Below are positions 16,878-25,607 of a stretch of 29,666 bases of DNA, piece after piece. This stretch comes from a virus (taxonomy: Duplodnaviria; Caudoviricetes). Under the pieces are notes generated by a model that saw nothing but the letters and a program-made list of their open reading frames with translations, was not told the origin of the DNA and made no database searches. The stretch's first letter is position 1; each line of letters starts with the position of its first letter. Where the stretch lies: positions 1-29,666 of the IMG/VR virus record IMGVR_UViG_3300021139_000089; one strand, written 5' to 3'. The position numbers and the translations under genes were made by a program.

Positions 16878-17101
16878 CAGCCCTGGCCGATGAGCCGCAA
16901 ATTGAGACTGGTGCCTACGCTATATCGCTAGGCATAGACCCAATAACGTTTCTATCCCAGGGCAAAGAAGATTACCTAATAAGTATCGCTCTTATGCAAA
17001 AATCGCTACAAATGAGTAGCAAACAAAAAATAGAAGAAATAAAACTACTTGCCGAACTGATTGGATTAGAAGTCGGTAAAACTGTAGCAAAAATCTTTTA
17101 A
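16874..17101 (+). CDS. Frameshift extension of the tail chaperone (gpT-like, -1 frame, 75 aa)
   Basis: The -1 frame is open from TTA 16874 to TAA 17099-17101 (LTALADEPQIETGAYAISLGIDPITFL...VGKTVAKIF) and has no start codon or SD near its 5' end. Confidence 0.8.
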   Translation, partial: LTALADEPQIETGAYAISLGIDPITFLSQGKEDYLISIALMQKSLQMSSKQKIEEIKLLAELIGLEVGKTVAKIF

Positions 17102-17139
17102 CATCTATCCGTCTAAAAATCTAACTTAGGCGGCATAAC

Positions 17140-17178
17140 AAAGCCGCTACCTTTTGCGAGGTGGCGGCTTTCTCTATT
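17140..17178 (+). terminator. Intrinsic terminator-like hairpin before the tape measure gene
   Basis: AAGCCGCTACCT / AGGTGGCGGCTT stem followed by TCTCTATT. Confidence 0.75.
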
Positions 17179-17188
17179 AAGGATAAGC

Positions 17189-20100
17189 ATGGCAGAAGAA
17201 GGCGTAATATTACCTGTATCAACGCCCGTTGGTGATTCCCCGTCTAACCTTGGTAAGGTTGAGGCCGGGCTTAAGGGCGTCGGTGATGCTGCCGAAACGT
17301 TAGTTCCAAAGTTAGATAAGGCAACTCAGGGAGTTGCAGCACAAACAGAAATACTTGACGCAAACACCAAGGCTACTGAAGCCAATACAAAAGCACGCAA
17401 AGATTCAATTCCATTTACTGAAGCAGAAATTGCTGCAATGGTGGAACAAGAACGTGCCATGGGCGGCCTTGTTAGTGAAACAGGCGAGTTAATTGATGTA
17501 ACAACAAAGTTAACTGAAACCGAAATACGGGCAACAGAAGTTGCTAAAGCAAACGCAGAAGCAAATCAAATACTTGCAGACAGTCAAGAAAAATTAAAAA
17601 TTGCCAGCATTGAAGCATCTTCAGCAATAGGTGCTGGTCAAGCAAATTTTGGCAAGTTTTACACAAACATGACAAAGATGGAAGCAATGGGAACTCCAGC
17701 AGTTCTCAAGGCTGCCACCTGGGGTGCTTTTGCTGTCGGTGGTATTGCGTACGAAGGTATTAAAACATACGCAAAATTTAACGCAGATATTGTTCAATCA
17801 ATTACACAGGCAGGACGACCCCTGTCTTCAATGAACTTCTTAACCAACACTGCTATTAGCACTGCTAAATCAACTGGTGTTGCGCTTAATGACGTTGCAA
17901 GCATCATCTATCGTGTTTCATCAGCAACCGCTGGTATGAACGGTGGATTTGGTGCGTCAAACAAGCAAATTGCTGACATGACAAAAAACATTGCCACTCT
18001 TAGTGTTATTGGTGGCATTCAAGGTGGAGCACCCACCGAGCAATCTGCTCGTGTTATGGGTGCCTTGATGAACACAAACCTTGCCGGTCTCGGCACGGAC
18101 CCAAGCAGGATTGCTGCGTTTATTAACGCCATGACTGGTGCTGGTGACGTAAAACAATCAGACGTAATTTCTTCCCTTGGTCGCGGTATTCTTTCGAGTG
18201 CTGCCGCCAAGGGAATTTCTGCGTCTAGTATTGGTACATACATTGACCTTTTGACTTCACAAGGTACACCTGGTTCAACTGCTGGTACATATGCAAAAAC
18301 CGCATTGAGTCTTCTTACCGCACCTGGTGCGCAGGCTGCTAAGGCGCTTGCAATGGTTGGTATTAACACTGGTGACCTTAACGTAATGATGCAGAAAAAC
18401 AATGGTGTTTCTGCGGTTGCTCAGTATCTTCACGATGCTATGCAAAAATTTGACCCATCTCAATTTAACGTAAAATACAAAGGTCTTACTGGCGCCGCTG
18501 GTGCTACTGCCTTGCTTGAAAACTGGGGTGTTGGAAATATTCCACAATCAGTAGTTAAAGCATGGTCAAAGGGAATTCTACAAAACATGAGTGCGGCAGA
18601 CTTGGGTACAACTCAATCTGGTGCAATTGACCCAGCCACCGGAAAACGAACCGCTGTTACCGGAGCACAATGGCTCAACACACTTGAAAACCTTATTATT
18701 ACAAAGGCTTTTGGTGGTTCACGAAGCGCCGCCTCAGTTCTTGCTCTTGCTAATGACCCAAGCAAAGTTGCTGGTATTCAGGCAAACATTGACAAGAACA
18801 TGACCCCTGAGGCTCTTGCAAGGGCTAAAGCCCTTGCATTGAGCACACCTCAAGCACAATTCAACATGATGAAGCAGACTGTTATGTCTGACCTTCTTAT
18901 TGTTGGTAAAACACTTACACCAATTGCGCTTACTTTGGGAAAGGCTTTTACCGGTCTTCTCGGCGCTGTAACTAAATTTAAACCAGTAATTATTGCTCTT
19001 GGTTTAATACTTACAAAAGTAATTCTTCAAGCCTCAGCATCTAAACTCGCTTCTCTTGGTAAGGGTATTTTTGGACTTACTGGTGCGGCTGCGTTAAAAC
19101 GTCGTGACAAACTTGAAGAAAGACTTGCCAACCTTCGCGATGGAAGTGGCCTTAAGGGTCGAACAATTCAACGCAGCCTTGACCAAATGGAAAAACGTTA
19201 TGGAAAGTCAATGCGAGTTGCCGAGGTTAGGCAAAACGAACAACTTGCAAAAGAAGGAAAAGCCTCTCAAATTTATTCAAGGTCAACCACAGCCGTAACT
19301 GGATTTACTGGTGCAGTTGAAAGAGCAACAGGTGTTATTGAAAATAGCGTTATGGGCGGAGGGGTTGGTGGTTCTGGTTCTGTAGGAGGACGTGGCCCAA
19401 CTGGTTCTTCTAATTCAAGACTTGACAAATTACGTGCTAAAGCACTTAAAGAAGAAGAAAAAAGATTAAATTCTGAAAACAAGTTTATGTCAGAGGCCAT
19501 TGCCTCAAGTGACAAACAAAGACAAAAAATTCAAGATGAATTAAAATATGCCGAACAACAACGTGTTGCAGGCATGAAACAATACAATGGTCCTCTTACA
19601 AAATTAAGTCTTGAAGGTGTTGGAATTGCACCATTAAGTCCAGCAGAAAAATTTATGATGCAGGAATACCGTACGGGTCAAATGGACCTTCACGGTAGTG
19701 ACAGACTTCACACATCTGCAATTCAAAAATGGCTTCACGCTAACGAGTATGAGTCAACTCCTGAAGCCGCTAATAGGTCGCTTGCCAATATTCAACAACA
19801 CCTTGACATGTATAAATACGCAGAAAATGCAACTCCTGCTCCCAAAGTTTCACTTGCTGAATCTCTTAAATATCGTTTAGGAATTCCTGAAAAGGGTATT
19901 GTTGAAGACGTAGAAAAAACTGGATTAAAAGACCTTGGAAAAGACGTTCTTAGCAAGGCTAGCGGATTAGTTGGTAAACTTGGTGGCGGTCTCCTTACTG
20001 GTGGACTTAGCGACCTCATGGGTGGCGGTATTGGTGGACTTCTAAGCGGCGGACTTGGCATGGCTGGTGGACCCATTGGCATGATGCTTATGTCAACTCT

Positions 20101-21226
20101 TGGACCAATGATGATGCCTCTTATGGGCAAAGCACTTAGTGGTATTGGTCATTTCTTCGGAGGTATATTTGGTGGCGGTTCAAACGCTGTTGCTAATTAC
20201 AAACCTCCAACAACCACGTACACGGGTCTTCAATCTTCACAAAATTTGCAATCAGCAATTCTTGCTGACAAAGCAACATTGGGTAACCTTTCTACAAAAA
20301 TTGCTAATGGAACTGCAACCAAAGCAGATTATGCTCAATTTTCTCAATTGACAGACCAAATGACACTGTACACAAATCAACAAAAAAATGTCTATGGAAT
20401 TACGGGTAACGGTTCAACAGCAGTAGTTACTGCTGCAGAAAAAAATTCAGCACGTGCTTTGGCAAAAAAAGTTGCTATAGAAAGCAATTTGCTTTCAGGC
20501 AATAAAATTGTATCAATGGTTAACACATTAGATGTTCCAGGAGAACTTCGTAAATTAAAGGCTTCTGGAATTGTTGGTCAAGAAGCCGCAGACATTAAAA
20601 AAATATTTTTAAGCGGAAACAGCGCTAGCGACCAAGTAGCAATGATTAAAAAACTAGTTGCTGCTCAAAAAAACGCTGACGTTCAAAGTCAAATAAACGA
20701 CCCCACAAGAACAATGTCAGTTGACCCCAATTTCTTTAAACGTGTTGCAGTTAACAGCCTGGTTGCATCTCAACAAAAACAAAATATTAAAACAGGCGTT
20801 GCACAGGCTTTGCTGGGTATGCATTATAATAAAAATCTTACTCAAGGACAAGCCGTACAAAGAGAAGGAGTCTTTCTTAAGGCTTCGCTTCAAGCACAAG
20901 AATCCATTAAAGCAGACCAACTTCTTTTGCAAAACAAAAACCTTGATGCATCTTCTAAAAACGCACTTACTAAAGAAATTGTTAAACTTGGTGAACAACA
21001 AAAGAAATATCAAGAAGCAGCAAAGAATATTGCCGGAACATATCACCTTTCACAACAAACAATCTCAGGTCTTTCAAAAGCAATTGCTTCTGGAGTTAAA
21101 GATAGTAATGTTGAAATTGGTCTCACTTCTCCAGGTATGGCAGCGGCGTTCCAAGCAGCACTTGGTGGAGGCGGACTAAAGGGTGTTATGCAAAAAATTG
21201 ACGCAGACATTAAATCGAAAGCATAG
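17189..21226 (+). CDS. Tape measure protein
   Basis: 1345 aa, Ala/Gly-rich; TP901-like core (AGTYAKTALSLLTAP..AAKALAMVGI); hydrophobic segments; follows the chaperone genes. Confidence 0.92.
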   Translation: MAEEGVILPVSTPVGDSPSNLGKVEAGLKGVGDAAETLVPKLDKATQGVAAQTEILDANTKATEANTKARKDSIPFTEAEIAAMVEQERAMGGLVSETGELIDVTTKLTETEIRATEVAKANAEANQILADSQEKLKIASIEASSAIGAGQANFGKFYTNMTKMEAMGTPAVLKAATWGAFAVGGIAYEGIKTYAKFNADIVQSITQAGRPLSSMNFLTNTAISTAKSTGVALNDVASIIYRVSSATAGMNGGFGASNKQIADMTKNIATLSVIGGIQGGAPTEQSARVMGALMNTNLAGLGTDPSRIAAFINAMTGAGDVKQSDVISSLGRGILSSAAAKGISASSIGTYIDLLTSQGTPGSTAGTYAKTALSLLTAPGAQAAKALAMVGINTGDLNVMMQKNNGVSAVAQYLHDAMQKFDPSQFNVKYKGLTGAAGATALLENWGVGNIPQSVVKAWSKGILQNMSAADLGTTQSGAIDPATGKRTAVTGAQWLNTLENLIITKAFGGSRSAASVLALANDPSKVAGIQANIDKNMTPEALARAKALALSTPQAQFNMMKQTVMSDLLIVGKTLTPIALTLGKAFTGLLGAVTKFKPVIIALGLILTKVILQASASKLASLGKGIFGLTGAAALKRRDKLEERLANLRDGSGLKGRTIQRSLDQMEKRYGKSMRVAEVRQNEQLAKEGKASQIYSRSTTAVTGFTGAVERATGVIENSVMGGGVGGSGSVGGRGPTGSSNSRLDKLRAKALKEEEKRLNSENKFMSEAIASSDKQRQKIQDELKYAEQQRVAGMKQYNGPLTKLSLEGVGIAPLSPAEKFMMQEYRTGQMDLHGSDRLHTSAIQKWLHANEYESTPEAANRSLANIQQHLDMYKYAENATPAPKVSLAESLKYRLGIPEKGIVEDVEKTGLKDLGKDVLSKASGLVGKLGGGLLTGGLSDLMGGGIGGLLSGGLGMAGGPIGMMLMSTLGPMMMPLMGKALSGIGHFFGGIFGGGSNAVANYKPPTTTYTGLQSSQNLQSAILADKATLGNLSTKIANGTATKADYAQFSQLTDQMTLYTNQQKNVYGITGNGSTAVVTAAEKNSARALAKKVAIESNLLSGNKIVSMVNTLDVPGELRKLKASGIVGQEAADIKKIFLSGNSASDQVAMIKKLVAAQKNADVQSQINDPTRTMSVDPNFFKRVAVNSLVASQQKQNIKTGVAQALLGMHYNKNLTQGQAVQREGVFLKASLQAQESIKADQLLLQNKNLDASSKNALTKEIVKLGEQQKKYQEAAKNIAGTYHLSQQTISGLSKAIASGVKDSNVEIGLTSPGMAAAFQAALGGGGLKGVMQKIDADIKSKA

Positions 21227-21229
21227 TTA

Positions 21230-22003
21230 ATGGCAACAGACCCAATTCCTACACTGGTAACTATTACACCAACAACAGCGGGTTTCAATCCTGTCGTGGT
21301 TGGTCTTATAGACCATTCAACCTACGGACCCGTTGGCGGTTCTGGTGGATGGCAGGTTGTGGACCGTCCAAAAACAATTTCTGCAACACAATGGTATGAC
21401 CGTGCTCCATTTCAATTGGAATTTGAATGTTATCTCGACAACGCGGTTACTCAAAAACCAGAAAATGTTGGAACTTCAGTAGAAGTTGATTGCCATCAAC
21501 TTCAAACATGGCTGGACCCAATTAGTAACACTATTTTGGAACCAACAACATTAACACTTACTGGACCTGTACCTGGTGCACAAGGAACGGCAGACCCAAA
21601 AGTCTTTGTTCTTTTTTCAATTTCATTTTTAGATGCAATAAGAGATTTGCAGACTGGTGACAGAACACAACAAAAAATTCATGTGGTTTTTTACGAATAT
21701 AATAAACCATTGGCAAGTCAATCAACAGCCCCTTCGGCCGTTGTTTCATCAAAATTGGTTGCTTCAAATACTAGCGTTATAACTGCTAAATCAAGTCAAA
21801 CCATTGCACAAATTTGCGCCAACAAACCAAACGTTGTAGTTAATAAAAAAGTTACAAAAGTTACATATGTTAACGGCAAAAAGGTTAGCACAACAACACA
21901 AGTTCCTACTAACATGTCTTACGTGTCTGCCTTTCTTTATCTCAATAATATCAGAGACCCTAAAACCGCCCTTGTTGCGGGTAAAAAATACATAGTTCCA
22001 TAA
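21230..22003 (+). CDS. Baseplate tube-initiator protein with C-terminal LysM-like domain
   Basis: Follows the TMP; GGWQVVDRP motif; C-terminal QTIAQI....LNNIRDP..LVAGKKYIVP resembles LysM. Confidence 0.7.
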   Translation: MATDPIPTLVTITPTTAGFNPVVVGLIDHSTYGPVGGSGGWQVVDRPKTISATQWYDRAPFQLEFECYLDNAVTQKPENVGTSVEVDCHQLQTWLDPISNTILEPTTLTLTGPVPGAQGTADPKVFVLFSISFLDAIRDLQTGDRTQQKIHVVFYEYNKPLASQSTAPSAVVSSKLVASNTSVITAKSSQTIAQICANKPNVVVNKKVTKVTYVNGKKVSTTTQVPTNMSYVSAFLYLNNIRDPKTALVAGKKYIVP

Positions 22004-23118
22004 TGGCAAATCCTATTCAAGCAACAGCGAGTAATTCAACAAGCAATACTGCTGGGTATATCTCACCGTTGACGGTTAGCGCAACACAGACAACAACAGA
22101 CGTAACTCCTGGTTTTGGTTTTGCTGACTTAACTCAATTTGAAATTGTTAATTACAAAACGGGAGCAAAAAGTCTTTTTTACTACAATTACGAAGCAAGT
22201 ATTACGGACGCCATTCTTCAAAAAAACATGATGGGTGCATCAACGTTTACGCTTCAGTTAACAGACCCAAATCGTGAACTTCTTAGAAACCTTATCCAAC
22301 AAGGAACTGTTGTAAAGGTTGCAGGTCTTCAATTTGTTCTTACTCAATTTGTTAAGGCGTCAAATCAAATTCAATTGGTTTTTGAATCTGCTGCAATTAA
22401 CCTACTTAGACAACAACGAGGAAACGGTTCAATTAACAACCCAGTAGGAACAAACGTTACTGGAGCAATGCATTCATTCGTTTCCTCTGTAAACGTAAAA
22501 TCAAACCCATTTGGAAACCTATCCCTTGTTGCACCAGACTACGTATCAGTTTGGAATCAACTAACAAGTGGTTTGAATAAAACAGGACTTTCAGAATCAG
22601 TTGCCCTTGGTCGAGGAACAACCTCAGACCCTTACGAAGATACTTGGACTGCAATGACAAGAATTGCATCAAGTATTGGTTGGCGTCTTTGGGAAAACAA
22701 TAACGTTATCTTTTTTGGACCAGATGAATACTGGCTTGGTGAGGTTAAAGATACCAATGGCGTTTTGATTCCATCACCTGTAAATGCACGAAAAGGAACA
22801 CTTGGTTCAAATATTCAAATTATGAAAGAATTTCAACCAACCGTTCAACTTATTGACTTTGACTGGGACGTTGGAAAGCCTTTCGGTCAAGCAACCGCTA
22901 CTTGCATGATGGACAAATTCACATACGATATTGGTGAAATAGTTACCCTACAGGGAATGGGTCCGGCAGACGGTCAATGGATGATTTCCTCTATGCAAAG
23001 AGACTATTTTAATCCTCAGGCCAGCGTTGTTCTTCAGGTTCCTATGCCTTTTGCACAAGCGGTACAACCAAATTCTTTGCCTCTTCCCCCTTTCCCCCTA
23101 ACGGTAAAAACAAAGTAA
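22003..23118 (+). CDS. Baseplate hub protein (gpD/gp27-like)
   Basis: GASTFTLQLTDP, EDTWTAMTRIASSIGW, IGEIVTLQGMGPADGQWMISS patterns and synteny. Confidence 0.7.
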   Translation: MANPIQATASNSTSNTAGYISPLTVSATQTTTDVTPGFGFADLTQFEIVNYKTGAKSLFYYNYEASITDAILQKNMMGASTFTLQLTDPNRELLRNLIQQGTVVKVAGLQFVLTQFVKASNQIQLVFESAAINLLRQQRGNGSINNPVGTNVTGAMHSFVSSVNVKSNPFGNLSLVAPDYVSVWNQLTSGLNKTGLSESVALGRGTTSDPYEDTWTAMTRIASSIGWRLWENNNVIFFGPDEYWLGEVKDTNGVLIPSPVNARKGTLGSNIQIMKEFQPTVQLIDFDWDVGKPFGQATATCMMDKFTYDIGEIVTLQGMGPADGQWMISSMQRDYFNPQASVVLQVPMPFAQAVQPNSLPLPPFPLTVKTK

Positions 23119-23127
23119 GGTATAAAA

Positions 23128-23613
23128 ATGAGGACAAACGACTCAAATACACTTCTACAGGCTCACCACAGAAACTTCAGTGGCATTATTGCCGCTACGG
23201 GTGTTCAGTATTCAGGCGTTTACTACGGCGTTGTTGCGCAAACAGACGCCAGCGTGGCCAATCAAAGCCCACCACCCATTACGGCGGGCAACTTGACAAT
23301 TACCATCCCTTCTCTAAGTGGCGCCACACAGGCCTGGGGGCCCATTCCGTACCCTGGTGCTTTTGCCCCTCCGGTAGGCACAACTTGTTCTGTCGGGTTC
23401 AATTCGAGCAATCAGCCCGTAATCATGGCATTCTACGGGTTCACCCCAGGTCTGGTACGTTATGGCAGCGGAGCGCCTAGTTCTTCAAAAGGAAATGTCG
23501 GAGATACATACATAGACATTACCGGTCAAAAGATATATGGCCCAAAAACTCATTCAGGCTGGGGTTCTGGTTCATCTTACGATGTTGAACTACCAGATAT
23601 TGACACTCCTTAA
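23128..23613 (+). CDS. Putative baseplate spike-like protein (short gpV-like N-domain plus fibre-type motif)
   Basis: GVYYGVV...ITIPSL...WGPIPY..PPVGTTCSVGF...PVI resembles the gpV/gp5 OB-fold; C-terminal GSGAP...GNVGDTYID...YGPK...WG. Confidence 0.6.
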   Translation: MRTNDSNTLLQAHHRNFSGIIAATGVQYSGVYYGVVAQTDASVANQSPPPITAGNLTITIPSLSGATQAWGPIPYPGAFAPPVGTTCSVGFNSSNQPVIMAFYGFTPGLVRYGSGAPSSSKGNVGDTYIDITGQKIYGPKTHSGWGSGSSYDVELPDIDTP

Positions 23614-23617
23614 ATCC

Positions 23618-23646
23618 TTGCAAATATTGAAATCATAGTGTAAGAT
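23618..23646 (+). promoter_or_regulatory. Putative sigma70/SigA-type promoter for the glycosyltransferase gene
   Basis: TTGCAA (23618-23623), 17 nt, TAAGAT (23641-23646) in an 86-nt AT-rich gap; a second TATAAT at 23652. Confidence 0.6.
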
Positions 23647-23699
23647 ATCTTTATAATGGCCCGATAATTGTCTGGTCAAAAACGAGGGACACGTTTATA

Positions 23700-24941
23700 A
23701 TGATTTCAATATTTACACCAAGTCACGACCCAAAATATCTTGACCAAGCATATGAAAGCCTTAAGGCACAGACTTATGAGGCATGGGAATGGGTTGTAGT
23801 TCTTAACGGCAAGGCCGAATGGTCTAGACCAGAATACGATGACCGTGTAAAAATTTCTTACGCCAAACCACAATTGGGTGGCAAAGTTGGAGCGCTTAAA
23901 AAGTACGCTGTAGAACTTTGCATTGGCGATATTTTAGTAGAACTAGACCACGACGATATCCTCATGCCGACCGCCCTTGAAGAGGTCCGCAAAGCATTTG
24001 ATGAAAACCCAGATGTCGTTTTTGTTTATTCTGATTTTTCTTACATTAATGCGGACTCTACTCCTAATTTTTCTAAATATTCTCCTGATTACGGTTGGGA
24101 ATATCACGAAGAAGATGGATACAATGTATGTCACGGACTTGCACCTAGCCCGCACAACGTTTCACTAATTTGGTACGCACCAAATCACATTCGCTCTTTC
24201 CGCACCTCGGCTTACAAAGCAACTTCGGGATACGACGAAACCATGAAAGTCTTGGATGACCAAGACATTATGTATAAAATGTTCCTTCAAGGTGATTTCT
24301 TTCACATTAAGAAAAACCTTTACCTACAACGTGTTCACCCAGACAACACTCAGGCACAGTCGGACATTAACCCGTTCATTCAAACTGAAACAGTTCGCAT
24401 GAATCACAAAAATATTCAGCCACTCCTACTGGCTTGGTGTCAGCGCAATAACCTTATGGCTATTGACATGGGCGCTGCTCATAACCCAACGCCAGGATAT
24501 TCAACCCTAGACATGCACGAACCAGCAGACCTTGTTGGTGACGTGTTTGACATTCTTGGAAGCCTTGACGACAACACTGTTGGCGTTATCCGTGCGGTGG
24601 ACTTCCTGGAGCACATTCCAGACAAGGTTCGACTATGGAATGAAATGTATAGAGTTCTTGCTCACGGCGGAATGATTCTAAGCCTCACCCCAAGCACCGA
24701 TGGTCGCGGCGCATACCAAGACCCTACGCACAATTCTTTTTACAACGAAAATTCATTCTGGTATTTTGCGGACGAAAACTACCGCAAGTATGTACCAGAA
24801 CTGAAAATGAACTTTCAAAAGGCTGTTCTCCAGACTTACTTTCCAAGTGACTGGCACCGAGAAAACAATATCCCCTACGTAAACGCAAACCTTATTGCAA
24901 TTAAGGATGGTTCACGCCAAGGGGGCAGACTAGGAATTTAA
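23700..24941 (+). CDS. GT2 (GT-A fold) glycosyltransferase fused to a class I SAM-dependent methyltransferase-like domain
   Basis: N-terminal ISIFTPSH..YL..AYESLKAQT..WEWVVV, DxD motif ELDHDD, DDQDI; C-terminal IDMGAA, DLVGDV, DFLEHI, EMYRVLAHGG, DPTH. Confidence 0.9.
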   Translation: MISIFTPSHDPKYLDQAYESLKAQTYEAWEWVVVLNGKAEWSRPEYDDRVKISYAKPQLGGKVGALKKYAVELCIGDILVELDHDDILMPTALEEVRKAFDENPDVVFVYSDFSYINADSTPNFSKYSPDYGWEYHEEDGYNVCHGLAPSPHNVSLIWYAPNHIRSFRTSAYKATSGYDETMKVLDDQDIMYKMFLQGDFFHIKKNLYLQRVHPDNTQAQSDINPFIQTETVRMNHKNIQPLLLAWCQRNNLMAIDMGAAHNPTPGYSTLDMHEPADLVGDVFDILGSLDDNTVGVIRAVDFLEHIPDKVRLWNEMYRVLAHGGMILSLTPSTDGRGAYQDPTHNSFYNENSFWYFADENYRKYVPELKMNFQKAVLQTYFPSDWHRENNIPYVNANLIAIKDGSRQGGRLGI

Positions 24942-24942
24942 A

Positions 24943-25596
24943 ATGGCTGATGCTATAACAGGACTAACAGCAGCATGGGTACCCAATAAGGGAATTCAAC
25001 TAGAATGGACCGCTGCCGATGATGCAACAACCGAATCATCGTACATTGTTTATGTTTTGACAAACACAAACAAAACAGTTCCAACATGGAGTCCAATTGG
25101 CAATCTGCAGGCAAACGTAACCAGGACTATTTCACAGACTTTTTACAGCCTTTCAGCGCCACTAACATCTTTCTTTTTTAAATTCCCTACAAATCCACTT
25201 GGCTCATATGCTTTTAGAATTGTGCACATTGATTCAACCGGTGCGCAAAGCCCAAGTACAACGGTTTCCGTTTATCAACAACAGATTTTTCCACCTTTTA
25301 CACCGCCTCACCTGCAGAATCAAATTGCAATTGATTCTTACGGACAATTTTTGACAAACGCACAAGATACCTACGAAGATGTTTCTTCAAACGTAGCAAT
25401 GCTTCTTGGAACTATTATTGGCCAAAGACCTCAGGTTAGTCAATACGGTATAGAAGACCTTCCTCTTACACAGGTAAATTCCTTGGCAGTTCAAGGTTCA
25501 ATTAATAAATGGGAGCCGCGTGCGAATGCATCGGTTACCGTAAAATACGATAACAATAATAACGCAACTCTTAACGTTAAAATTGACAACATTTAA
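24943..25596 (+). CDS. FN3-like domain fused to gp25/gpW-like baseplate wedge protein
   Basis: N-terminal ITGLTA...IQLEW...SYIVY...YAFRIV..DSTG.QS (FN3 pattern); C-terminal LLGTIIGQRP...YG...INKWEPR (gp25 pattern). Confidence 0.75.
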   Translation: MADAITGLTAAWVPNKGIQLEWTAADDATTESSYIVYVLTNTNKTVPTWSPIGNLQANVTRTISQTFYSLSAPLTSFFFKFPTNPLGSYAFRIVHIDSTGAQSPSTTVSVYQQQIFPPFTPPHLQNQIAIDSYGQFLTNAQDTYEDVSSNVAMLLGTIIGQRPQVSQYGIEDLPLTQVNSLAVQGSINKWEPRANASVTVKYDNNNNATLNVKIDNI

Positions 25597-25607
25597 GAAA
25601 GTTTACA

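Noticed and set aside
19970-20180. Gly/Met-rich repeats in the tape measure as a separate toxin or glycine-zipper element
   Set aside because: Such hydrophobic Gly-rich tracts are common in tape measure proteins.
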